From Dicyema japonicum (lineage: Eukaryota; Animalia; Dicyemida): DNA of 33,000 nucleotides. Below are positions 12,022-23,185 of the stretch, one piece after another. Both the position numbers and the translations under genes were made by a program. Below the pieces are notes generated by a model. The model had not been told where the DNA came from and made no database searches. It saw nothing but the letters and a program-made list of their open reading frames with translations. Within the stretch, counting starts at the first letter, position 1. The number at the start of each line of letters is the position of its first letter. The DNA lies in contig RDEW01000015.1 of the NCBI GenBank assembly GCA_011109175.1, positions 956,868 to 989,867 on the forward strand. Direction: 5' to 3'.

Positions 12022-12640
12022 GTGTCTGAACCGATTTAAAGAGGTTCGTGCTTGAATACGCAACAACACAAGTTGCGTCCCAGATCAAAGATCTTCCAGA
12101 TGTGTAGAGGAAAAGAGTCATCCCGTCAGGTCTCTTTCCATCTTCTCAATCGAGACCCACGGGTTCAAGCTTTGATGGGAAGCATGTAGCCTACAGAGCT
12201 CTGAATATCACATCGTTCAGAGCAGCATGACGTGGTCCTCTTCCGGCGCTTCTTCTGCAGGACAGCGGGCGCAATCCCTTCGCAACGATTATTTTCCCGC
12301 AGCGGCATCGGTGCTCCTGGTAAACGTCTAGTCCTAGCCTTTGTCCTAATCCAATCCTCAAAGATTCGTCGTCCAAAAGAGTCCCCAGATTTGGGCAAGG
12401 TATTGCATCAAGCCATGCTCCACTCCTTCCACTTGAAGCTGACACCAAACAAGCCAGACGATGTTGAATTTCTTATTTTTTAAAGTCTTCCAAAATTTTG
12501 TATCAGACAATGTTATCCTGATTACGTTGCTTCGTTGTGTCTTCGGAAATTTTGAGTCCGGACCCGTTCTATTTCCGACCTTCGTCAAATGACTCATTTC
12601 AGCGAAGTCCAATAGTGTGAAGGACTTGCCGTGTCAAATG
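12022..12640 (-). mobile_element. CRE-like non-LTR retrotransposon fragment (CCHC and RLE N-terminal part)
   Basis: SGAWLDAIPCPNLGTLLDDESLRIGLGQRLGL...HRCRCG...LSCRRSAGRGPRHAALNDVIFRAL...[21 protein letters not shown]. Confidence 0.9.
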
Positions 12641-13116
12641 GCTGCATAAATAAAACACGATACATTCAATCAATAATTCTGATTAGATGTTGGTTTGCAG
12701 AAAATCACGATCTCCAAAATAATATGGAAAAAATTAATAACTTCAGATATTTAATGAATATATAAAAAAACTTCAGAAATGTAATTTTTATTAACAATTA
12801 TTAATATTTTTTAAAACCTCGCAGCTCTGGACTGTGACATTTTTTATTCCAGATATTTGTTTAGTTAAAAGTAATAACCTTATTTTAATTCCAGGCCACT
12901 GACTGTATATAGAATGACTGGAGGTCCGATTATATACAAAATCTCGAATAATTGCGAGATTTCCTCAGAATGTTTGATTTTGGCTAATTCGACTACTCAG
13001 AATTTCAAAAACGAATATATTAACACACATAACTTAAATATAAATTAAATCCAAACCCATGAATAAGAATCGTTAATTTTATAATATCTCCTTAGATCCA
13101 CGAAATCGGCAATATA

Positions 13117-14810
13117 CAGTAAACCCTCATTAATCCAAACTAAAAAAATTTGGATGCCTTTCGTGAGGGAAATAAATATACTAATTTCATTGTAATTAAT
13201 ATTTATTTTTTCATATATAATAATCTCTCTATTTTCAGCACCAATATTTTCTCGTCGAGCATTTCTGTTTGAGTTAATTTTTCTTCATTAGCAAGTTCTT
13301 CCAGTTCTTTTTTGTACTCATTCAAAGCAGGATCTTGCATGATATCTTTATTAGCAAATTAATCAAGACATTTAATTGCATGATAATGGCCTTCCGTAAA
13401 TTCACAAAATTTATTTTTCCAAATCAAGAACTTCCACACAATCCAAAATAAGCCTTTTTCACAATAATGATTAAAGTTCTTGATTATGCCTGAATTCATT
13501 GGTTGAAGATGAGCAGTTTTGTTTTTGGAATAAATAAAATTTTAATTTTCAAAAAATTTCGTTGAAAACTGGCTTGGAGTATTATCTATCAGTGAAAAGA
13601 ACTTTTTTGCTTGATGTTTTAATTCATATTAAGGAATGGAGCCTGTTCTGCCGCTGAGAAGGCCAAGAAGATGAAAGGGGAAAAGTACGCGGTCCTACCC
13701 AAAGGATTTTTTGTTTGTTCCACTCGCCGCTGGTTCCCTTGCGCCTGCGACGCTGGAACACCTGAGTCGTCTAGGAAATCGGATCGCTACACGAACAGGA
13801 GACCCTCGTGAGCGCTGCTGGTTATTTGAGCGAATCTCGCTCTCCATTCTAAGAGGGAATAGCAACGCAGTCAGGGCAGCCGCTATATAACCGTTTACTC
13901 TCTTTTCTTTTTTAATAAAAAGTTCTCTTGCCATGCAAACGCTTTTATTTGCATAGTAAATAATTTTCTAAGTCAAATCTTTTAAACATCTTGGTTTGAC
14001 TTGCCAAATAACAAAAGGTTTAGTTTTTAATGTTCCAGTTGCTTTAGCTATAGTGATTCTTACATTTGATTGCTTTATGCTTATTCTTTTATATGAAATT
14101 GTTATATAAGGAAAAGATTGAAAAAAAAGATTCCAGTTTCATCCATGTTTAGCACAATACGTCAGAGTCAACTTCTTTTAACTTATCAATCATATTTTTC
14201 TATTCAAATGAATTTTATCTTGTGTTAAGCATTTTGGCTTCTCCGTGAAGAACTTTTAGTTTAAGATTTAATCTTCCTTTTAATCTGTGTAGCCTTTACT
14301 AAATTCCAGATCATTGTTTCTACCTTTTCACCGAATACCTTAGCTTTTGAAATGATGATATCTTCAGTAATGACACCATTGACTGCATCCATCCTTGAAA
14401 TCCATTCAACAAGCGAATTATTAAGTTCACAGTTTTTAAGAATTTTTGAGTTTAGAAATTCCCAAATAAAGTTTAATTTTTATTTCACTGATACGAATTA
14501 ATTCTTTTCTCGGAGAATTAGGAATAAATAATTATAGTCATTTTTGAAATTTTTTTTTTCCGTGCAATAGAAATTTCGGTCCTCTTTCCAACCTATGGCA
14601 CTGTAAGATTTTAAATTTTAAATATAAATGAATTTAAATTTATAATAAAAACAATTAAATTAATCCGGAATTTTTTAATAAATGTCTTTCGGATTACGGA
14701 TTATGAAGCTTCGGTTTATTAAAGTCTCTTTGTATGGAAGCTTAGTAAAATTTTGCACACTTATCGAAAAAATTCGGATTATTAAAGTTCGGATAAATGA
14801 GGGTTTACTA
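13117..14810 (-). mobile_element. pogo/Tigger-like DNA transposon, TIR-bounded, decayed
   Basis: 25-nt TIRs at 13117-13141 (CAGTAAACCCTCATTAATCCAAACT) and 14786-14810 (22/25 match), with TA on both sides and repeated TTCGGATTA subterminal motifs. CENP-B HTH (LVEWISRMDAVNGVITEDIIISKAK), NMDETG, DN and TAHLQPMNSGII motifs. Confidence 0.9.
13633..13920 (+). mobile_element. CRE-like 3' fragment nested in the Tigger element
   Basis: KGEKYAVLPKGFLFVPLAA...LSRLGNRIATRTGDPRERCWLFERISLSILRGNSNAVRAAAI*, in opposite orientation to the host transposase. Confidence 0.85.
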
Positions 14811-15239
14811 TATATATCCCTGGGTCTTTTCGCGAAGATTGAGTAATTGAAGGTTTCGTGCACAAATTTTTTTGAACTATTTGTGGACCAATAAAAATTA
14901 CCTGGTATTCAACGCAATTTTTAATTACTTCGCAGATTTCAAATCTTTTGACGCAATAAATTTTATTTCTTAATAAGCTTAGCATCCGATCACGACCAAA
15001 ATGATTTTCATTAGTAAAAGCTTTAATTTTAATTTGTAAAAATACATTGATAGTTTTTAGCTAAGATCTTATTCTTATAAACAAAAAACGAAGATTTTTT
15101 ATTATTATGAGAAAATACGCCTTTTCGTCTTCAAAAATAATGAATTTTTTCGATATTTCTTAGGCGATACTTTATCATTATCAATCGAGCGATCAATCAC
15201 TCCCTGATTATTTTAAATTCATCTCTTTTTAAATCCACT

Positions 15240-16350
15240 ATGACCATTTGCACAAATCTCCAGAAAGAAAACAATTGTTGTCTGTTGATATCAGCAAAGC
15301 TTTTGACCAATCATTGAGACACTTTCTGAATATGAAGATTTTTTCTACAAACATCCCCTCCCCTTTGAAAATATGGTTACTCACAATCCTCTCTGCCTCC
15401 TTGTACGTTTTTTTATTTTGTCAACCTATCTCATTAGCGATACCTTCCAAACGACCTACCTCAAAGTTCGGTCATATTTTCGGCCTTATTTAATCTTCAT
15501 CTAGAAAGCTTACTAACAAACCAGAACTCACTTCTTATGTCGACGATATTATAATTGCCTCACGCCACCGCGACGTAACCGTCGCTTCTGTGGTCCCGCA
15601 AGAACATGTCAAAAATTTCTTCTTGATGGGACCAAAATCTCCTCAGTCCCTCTAACGCTTTTCACTACCGGAATCAATGTTTTTTTCTAACCAACGATCT
15701 CCTTCCTGTGATTAAAAATTCTAAAATACTTGGTGTGATATTTGATTATTATTTTCATGTTCAGTATACAATTCCTTGACACGTGTAGAATTCGTAGTCA
15801 TCCGGATCACTGCTTTTGGGTCTCTGTAAACAAAGTAGAAATATACCTACCTGCCGGGTAATCCGGTTCACTGCCTTTGGGTCTCCACAAACAAAAGGAG
15901 AATTATTTCTACCTTGCTGAAAACGATCTATGACTGGATTTCTACAAAAGTAATCAGAAGTCTTGGTACCAAGAAATTTCTGGACGTCTTCCGCCGAATA
16001 TTGATGGAAGTGAAGCTTCCCTATCGTGGGAAGTTCATGTCTACGTTCCTCGTCCTCTCCACTTTGATCATAATGCCTTTTTGATGATCAGAATACATCT
16101 TCTCTTGTCTGTCCCCGTCTTCGATTCTGCACAGAACCAAATACTCTTGGTTGATCTCCGCTTTTCGCTGCGACGTTGTTAGCCATCGGTTTCCTTCACT
16201 CGAAGGGACCGAAGATAAATAAATGAGTATACTGACGATGTATCTAGGCAATCTTCCAGTGCTTCGCTTGTTTCTATCCACTTTCAATTTTCTAAAATAT
16301 TTTTCTGTAGAATTTACCATCGATGGTATCCCATATCATAAGGAATAGAC
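15240..16350 (+). mobile_element. Decayed jockey/CR1-like LINE reverse transcriptase
   Basis: LLSVDISKAFD, KIFSTNIPSPLKIWL, TSYVDDIIIAS, KILGVIFD. Internal ~61-nt tandem duplication at 15800-15914. Confidence 0.75.
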
Positions 16351-16984
16351 TCAATTATTGGGACGGAGTTTAACTCGCAAAAGGGTCGATGTACAACTTA
16401 TGCGACACACTTTTTACTGCAAAAACAGTTTTTTGAATCACACTGTTAAAAAAGATCTCAAACTAAAGTTTTTATTATTTTTATTACCATGCCACATGTG
16501 TCAAAATTGGTAGATATCTGGCTTTCTCATCTCATCTACCATTCCTGGGTCGATAAAGTGACTAAGGCTTTTCTCGAATCCGGTATTCTCTTGGTAAGTT
16601 GAGCAGTAAACTCACAAGATTTGTTTATGGGACTGTATATCGTCTATCGTCACCCAACGTTTGCCGAAAAAGTGTAGAAAATTTATGGCAAATATAACTT
16701 AACAGAATTTAGCTATTTTGAAATTTTACTTAGATTTATTATGAGGCTGACAGTTTTTGTTTTGATTGACTAAGCCTATATTCAGGGACAAAAATATGTG
16801 AATAAAAATTTTTGTTTCAAAAAAAATATTTATCAAAAAGCATGTTGGATGCATGGAACCTTCATGCAAAATGGACAACAACGAGTTTCGAACTTAAAAG
16901 CATCTGAATTTTGTCCGGGACTAAAAGCACCGCGCCAATCACTTGGTTGACTCAATTAGTTAATTTAATTATTCATAAAACCAG

Positions 16985-17260
16985 GGATAAAATCCAACTA
17001 ACTAATTTCGTGATCCTGACGCGTTCCAGCAAAACCCTCACTCGAACAGTGATCCAGGAATAGCTCTCCAGGAAGTTGAGGTCAATTCCAGAAATCGTCG
17101 CCAGGAAGCGAAATGTCCCCCTGTGGAATGATAGATGTATCCTTTTGAATGCCGGTCAGAAATAGGCGTCTTCTTAGTACGGTGGATCTAGTGACGCCAT
17201 CAGAGGTAAGGAAGTGAAATCTTCAAATCAAGTAGCCACATGGCACCACGCGACCAACTT
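16985..17260 (-). repeat. Unclassified coding-like dispersed repeat (copy 1)
   Basis: Collinear with 31245-31500 (shared TGACGCGTTCCAGCA, TTTTGAATGCCGG, CCATCAGAG). Confidence 0.75.
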
Positions 17261-17265
17261 GTCTC

Positions 17266-17740
17266 TATTATTATTATTATTATTATTATAAAGCACAACG
17301 TCTTGCCATTGGAAATGACAAAACCAGTGCAGTACCAAACATTAATTTTTTAGTTAATTTTCTCCACTTTCCACGATCCTGAGCCAAATCCCTCAAGTAA
17401 TCCAGGTCATCTCCCGTAGTTATAGATAATCCTATTCTCTTCAGGTCTTCATTCAGTGTCGTGGCCAGTGATGCTCTCGGACGTCCTCGGAACTTCACCT
17501 CCTCGGTTTGAAAGTATTCCTCCATGGCAACATTAGCTGGAGTTTCGATATTTCCCCGTAGGATGTGTCAAATAGGCTCCAAAGAAATTCCATGATATCT
17601 AGTGAAATCGGTTTAGAAGACGTAATAGAGTATAGTTCTCGACTTCTTGTTCTCATACGGTCCCAGCACGAATGAATCTTCCGTAGTTGTCCCCGATGGA
17701 AGGAATTTAGTTTTTCAATGTCATTTAAGGTTAATGACCT
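17266..17740 (-). mobile_element. RTE-like LINE 3' end with (TAA)n tail
   Basis: LNSFHRGQLRKI..., FRGRPRASLATTLNEDLKRIG...DRGKWRKL. (ATT)n run at 17266-17289 is the tail. Same family as 2973-3893. Confidence 0.88.
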
Positions 17741-17799
17741 TAGGTTGTCTCTAAAGGTTAATAAAATAAATAAAATATTAATAAATATTAATTTAATTT

Positions 17800-20700
17800 A
17801 AATAATCCTCACTTAATAATGCAGACAAGTTCAGATGTGAATGATTTGGGTAGTATTCCGGTATTTCGTTAATATTATTCAGGCTTTTGTGGAAAATGTG
17901 CATTTCGATGGAATAAATCGCACTCGTAGGGATTTTTTGCAAAATTTTGCAGCAGATCTATTCTACTGTACTAATTTTAAACAAGTGAGAAATTAATGAC
18001 CAATAAAAGATGATAGTCAAAGCTCACGAAACTAAAGAAAGACTGGATTTGTTGGGAATATTTAGTAAAACAAACGTTGTAGTCGCCGTGGGGACAGAAG
18101 ACTCGGCCTATGACATAATTTTCGACGTGAAGGAAACTGGGGTAATAACGGGAAGCTGTGACGTCTCTACTGGAAAAACTGACTCAAATATAAGCTTTAA
18201 TGCTAATATGCCCAACACATTTGGAAGATGTGAAAACTTATCGTCCTCATACTGTGTTGGAATGCACGACTCTACCTTTTTGATAAGAGGAGAGAAGCCT
18301 TTTGGGAGGGAATTTAGTGACAAGTCTCAGGAAGTTACAAATGTTTAGATTCAATTTGGAGTTGTACAATAAGACAGTAGAACGGCCTTGGAGTCAGTAT
18401 AAACTCAAGGGACTGGGATTCTGCGCTGAAATCATGGTTTGATTATCTTGGGGCATTTTCAAAGACCAGTTCGATGTTTGGAAAGCATCAGTTTTGCTGG
18501 GAAGCCGTTTGGAGAAAATTGAGTCAACAGCAAGAGGGAGATATGTCATTCGATGTCCGTAAACATTTTGGAAACTCATTGAAATCATCTCTTAAGGTTT
18601 ACTTCACTGGTTTTATGACAGCACATATTTTCCGTGACAACCTGCGAAGATCTCATCATGCCCAGTGAGGGGATATCGTTGAGTCTCACACAAGTTTGGT
18701 TTTTAGGTATTTATAGGAACTTGCTGGCCTTGGGGGTGATGTCCGATACCTCAGCAATGAGCTAACGGTTCGAGGGTGTGCTGAATTATTTGATAATTTT
18801 GTATTTTGTGGTTTAATTTGTACAGTTTGCGGAGATTAAGCTTGGTGGAGGAATATTGAAAGGAGTGGGAGAAACAGCTATTTGCGACAGATTCATGCTC
18901 GGTGGACCGATGGGTTTTCGAGGATTCAAGCAAAATGGAGTTGGGACTTTTTCCGATGGTGGCAAATCATGTTATTTTTACAGGAGCTGCTATGGGAGGG
19001 AATATTTACTGGTCTGCCAACGCCCACGTGTACTTCCCATTTCCTTTCTTACCTCAGAAGCACATCTTCAACAAATTGTTCACTTTTCAGACATTCATCA
19101 ATTCTGGTGCTCTTGCCTCGACTTATTCGGGTTTCCCGTGGTTTATTAGGAGAATTGTCCGATTTGAGAAGAACGTACAGACTGTCGGCCGGAATTGGAC
19201 TTATTTCTTCGATGTCAAGTTTGTGCCGTTTGGAGTTCAACTTTGTATGGCCCATTGTTTCTCGTATGAATGATTGGTTGCTCATATTTGTTATTCGTAG
19301 GACTAGTGATAGATTTCAGTTTGGATTCGGAATTAACTTCTGACAGCTTTGCTGTAATGCAGTCTAACCATGAGCGTTTTAAAATAAAGCTATTTCACTT
19401 CATTCTATGTCTGTGCACGCTCGACTGCCTCCATCTGGAAGAACCGATAGGTGGTTTTTTGAGTCCTGTGCAAGACACAAACATATACAACTGACACCAC
19501 GAGGTAAATCAAACGTTATTACGTGAGTTTCCTACAAGTTAGTGAAAATGAGGTTAAAAATTTAATTTATCCCATACGTGTAACTTGTAGATCGGGTATC
19601 ATTAATATTGTTGTGAGTTAAGCTCCCATACCGCTACTTACCTGGTCGAAGAATTCTGTTATGTTCTTTGCTTTTTTAAAATCCTAAGATGTGACATGCG
19701 ATGTGTCATACGAAAAAATAAAGACAATGAATTTAATCCATCATGGATCTCCCTCTCTTGTCTGAGTGGAAACTTTTCATGATTTGCTATATCGTTCTCT
19801 TTCTATGCTCTGTTTTTCTTCCATTGTTAATTTCCGTGTGATATAATCGTCTCTGAAGGCGTCCAGTAGCAGAGTGGCATCAAAATGGATCATTCCCTGA
19901 ATTAGTTGTCATACCTGTGGTTCTGGATGATCTCGTCTTTTTACGACTGCGATTGTGGGAGCTAAATACACTTATTTGTTAGCGTGACGTCATGGTCAAA
20001 TTCCATAAAAACGTCATAAAAGGACCATTAGACCTTACAAATTTCACTGGATCATTCCTTTAAGTTTCCATCATTGAACATTTCCTTCTCCGTTTGCTCA
20101 TGTTATGGTTGGCTTTCGTGCGGTTTTGTTGTTTCCTTTAAATAGTATGCTATTACAATTATGGGAAATTAGGTTTTTAATTAAGAATGGCGAATAGTCG
20201 GAGTAGATTGAGAATTACTCTTTGATGTTTTGTGACCAATTCTCTGGAAGAACAACTTATTGTGTTTTCTTTTATATTTCTGCTGAGCGTCGGTGTATAC
20301 AATTTTATAATTCTTGTGAATGAAGAGCGAACCATTGGGGACTACTTTTACTGGGAATCAGATTTTTTGAAATAGACACCTCAAAATCTTTGCTTCCAAG
20401 GACCGACAGAGTTGGGCTACCTCGTCTCTGAGTAGAAGACCAAGATATTTCTATAGATTTTACCAGGTTTTGTTAACCTCGATCTTTCATCCAACCTTTT
20501 TTACTTATAAAACTTTGTACACCCTACTGCCTCCCAATCCGTCATTACAATTAGAATGGTTACTTAAACACGGAGAAGCTAGACTGAAATTGTTCGCCTT
20601 GAAGTGGAACGAAGGATTAATCAACCTATCAATATTCTTTTAATTTAATTGATACGCAGAGAAAGAAATCAACAGTGAATTGATAGACCCAGTTCCCGAT

Positions 20701-20880
20701 ACTGGTAACCGCTTCCAACATCACGAAAAAGTCCACCAAGCACAAGAGAAAACCAAAGTTCCAAGAATCCTCCAAGGAACAGTCCAATGGAGTGGGGAAA
20801 GGTTCTTTTAGGTGCCGCACCGTCACTGAATAATACCCGAGACAACTAGATCACGTGACACCAAGTTGGTAAGTAGCATT
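17800..20880 (-). CDS. One or more uncharacterised multi-exon genes; boundaries and exon chain unresolved
   Basis: Successive hydrophilic minus-strand open stretches (18108-18323, 18751-18933, 19049-19285, KRSWLDCITAKL near 19350) end at GTAAG/GTATG donors with short GT..AG gaps. No recognisable domain. Confidence 0.45.
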
Positions 20881-20911
20881 TTTTCATCAATTTTACATAC
20901 AAATTTTCATC

Positions 20912-20923
20912 AATAAATTTATT
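20912..20923. terminator. Poly(A) signal for NDUFB9 within the palindrome AATAAATTTATT
   Basis: Minus-strand AATAAA about 25 nt after the NDUFB9 stop. The 12-mer is its own reverse complement. Confidence 0.55.
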
Positions 20924-20947
20924 AGTCAACGCTAAATATCTAAGTTA

Positions 20948-21415
20948 CTACTTATTTTCCTTATTCTGGGTGAGATAGCGTTCGAGAGCCTCTTGCTTCC
21001 TCTGCTCTCTTCTTTGGAAATATTCCGGATATTGAGCCTTCTCAAATGGATGCCACGTGTCCAATATCTGAAATAAAAGTGAAATGATACCCAATCAGGC
21101 GGGGAATACTTCGTTTGTAGGAAATGCCGGTTGGCGCTGAGGGGTAACTGAAGGGTGAAGGATGCATATTTTTCTCCAGTTCAATTTCCCCTTCTATTAG
21201 GAGGCGCTTGGCCTCCCGTGGGTCTGAGATTTCTGCCTTTTCATCAAATCTAGCCCTCAGGAGACAACATTCATATCGATATTTGATCCTAGACAAATAT
21301 TCGGTACCACGTGCCTGTCAGTGAGGTAATACGACTGAAGATTCTTTATCGCTGCTCTGTAAAGCCTAATCACTCGAATTGCATGCGGTATTGGCTTATA
21401 TTGCAAATAAGACAT
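20948..21415 (-). CDS. NDUFB9: NADH:ubiquinone oxidoreductase subunit B22 (LYR family), ~139 aa
   Basis: HAIRVIRLYRAAIKNLQSY..RIKYRYECCLLRARFDE...[45 protein letters not shown]. Introns 21289-21314 (GC-AG) and 21068-21090. Needs one extra base in the C4 run at 21101-21104. Confidence 0.93.
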
Positions 21416-21463
21416 ACAAGAGACCAAACTATTAAATTTAAATGATTAAAAAAATATCAATAA

Positions 21464-23069
21464 TTATAAATTATTAGAAATATTATCCACATTTTCGGTT
21501 TCTTTAGTAAGCAAGTGAGTTCCAAATTTTTCTACCAGAATTGAGCCAAAGGGAGCTGTTAGTATTATGCAAATAACCGAGACGTAGAAAATCTGTAATA
21601 ATTATAATTTATCCACCAAAAGTCCATATTTGAGATTTTTCTCATACTCAGAGCTGGTTTGGGATTTTTCATGGAAATCACTTTGTCTAAGGCCAACCCC
21701 CCAATAGAAGCCTGAACAGAAGCCTTTGGAAACCACGCAATTGCCGTAAAAATGCGTTCTCTAATATTAAGCTTAGTCCTTGTCGTGACAAAAAACGCGG
21801 TCAATAAACGGAAAACAAGCGCAATCAGAATAATTCCCACAGCTTGGCCTGAAATGGGGAATATACAGCCAACCTCCTTCGAATAGAGGGATCTTTGAAA
21901 ATTTTATTCTGCTTCCAGTCGTTCCGAAGAGAATTGGCTGCGCGACATACCAGCACAGACTTATGTTGTATTTTGTGGAGTTCTAAACTTAAAGTACGTC
22001 AAATACAAATAAAGGTAAATCATTCTTCCACTTATAAGCGACTAAAATGGTCAGTGTCAAACATCCCAAGGGTCCTGCTCCAGGATATCCAATCTTATCT
22101 GTCCCAAACAGGACAAAGAGACAGCTGAAGATCACCATCGATGACCTCAAAGCAACCAAATGATCCTTTATTTAACATAAATTTACTGAACCGCATTTTT
22201 ATTAGGAATGAACCACAAGATTAGTCCCAGTCCACCACCAAGAGCTATGCCGATCAGAATGTTGATGGGTCCGCTTAAGATCACCATGGGAAGACTGCCT
22301 GATATATTAGCATCGAGTATACCAGTGGAAAATACCGTTGAAAAAAAGACATTAAATAAAGTGATTCCGAAAACATTGTCTGTTGTTGCGGTCCCCACGA
22401 TAAAGGACATAATTTCCTTGCCTCTCCCATAGCCTCGTGTGTTAAGGGACAACATTCCTGGTACGAGAACTCCAAGGGAAACGTTGGCTACTACAAATCT
22501 ACGATAAAAAAATAGACCAACCCCATCATCAGAGCCCACAGCCAAGGGAGACCCATTATGAAATGACTGGTTAGCGTTATGGTAGACCCTTCGACTACGC
22601 ACGGACAAACGGCCAACAAGAAAATTGATATGGCCATCGACTTGATGGTTTTGATATTCAACTCAAATCCAGCCAAGGTCAGCACAAACGTGAAAGCCAA
22701 CGTTCTTATAATCACAGTTTCCGACATACCGTAAGGAAGATTCAATTTTATGGTCAATATGGTAGATCTTATCTGTCCCTTCAATGTTGCCAAATGCAAA
22801 ACCAACAATTATCATTCCTGGAATATCCACATCTCTAACCTGTAAGCGGGGGAAACCAAATGCTCCAACAAATTTGCCCCCAACGTTGAAAAGAAAAAAA
22901 TTAGAATAATTGAGGAAAATTGCTTTCCCAAATCCTTTCTAACGTCGAAGCAAGACCAAATAAGCAAATAAAAAAATCCAGTTCCAACCACAAAAGCACT
23001 TAAATTTATGAGCGGCCTCTTCCATCCACTAAAATATTTTTCGAATAATTTTGAATTTGCTTCTTTCAT
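21464..23069 (-). CDS. SLC9B: SLC9B/NHA-family cation-proton antiporter, ~470 aa
   Basis: SSLRTLA...AGFEL, PCVVEG, LPWLWALMMGFVVANVS, GYGRGK, GYPGAGPLGCL, QPILFG, AIAWFPKASVQASIGGLALD, ILTAPFG. Eight introns of 22-26 nt: 22818-22839, 22705-22729, 22499-22521, 22299-22322, 22166-22191, 21983-22006, 21849-21873, 21593-21616. Apparent frameshifts near 22850 and 21660. Confidence 0.92.
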
Positions 23070-23185
23070 ATTAAAATTATAACAAAATTAATTTCTTTTA
23101 ATTTTAAATATATTAAATAATTATTAATTTATTAATTAAAATATATTTTTATTAATTATGATGTTAGTGATAATTTTATTTAAAG
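23070..23185. promoter_or_regulatory. Almost pure A/T island, probable promoter of SLC9B
   Basis: About 100 nt nearly free of G/C immediately 5' of the ATG. A similar island lies upstream of the CERS gene (~7890-8000). Confidence 0.4.

Noticed and set aside
17266-17289. (ATT)n run as a telomeric or independent microsatellite feature
   Set aside because: It is the 3' tail of the adjacent RTE-like element.
18010-19494. Plus-strand ORFs 18010-18348, 18856-19149, 18882-19343, 18902-19273 and 19270-19494
   Set aside because: Their composition and the minus-strand splice donors suggest antisense shadows of the minus-strand gene.
20948-23069. Calling NDUFB9 and SLC9B pseudogenes
   Set aside because: The disruptions are confined to homopolymer runs, there are no nonsense codons in the exons, and motifs and splice sites are conserved.
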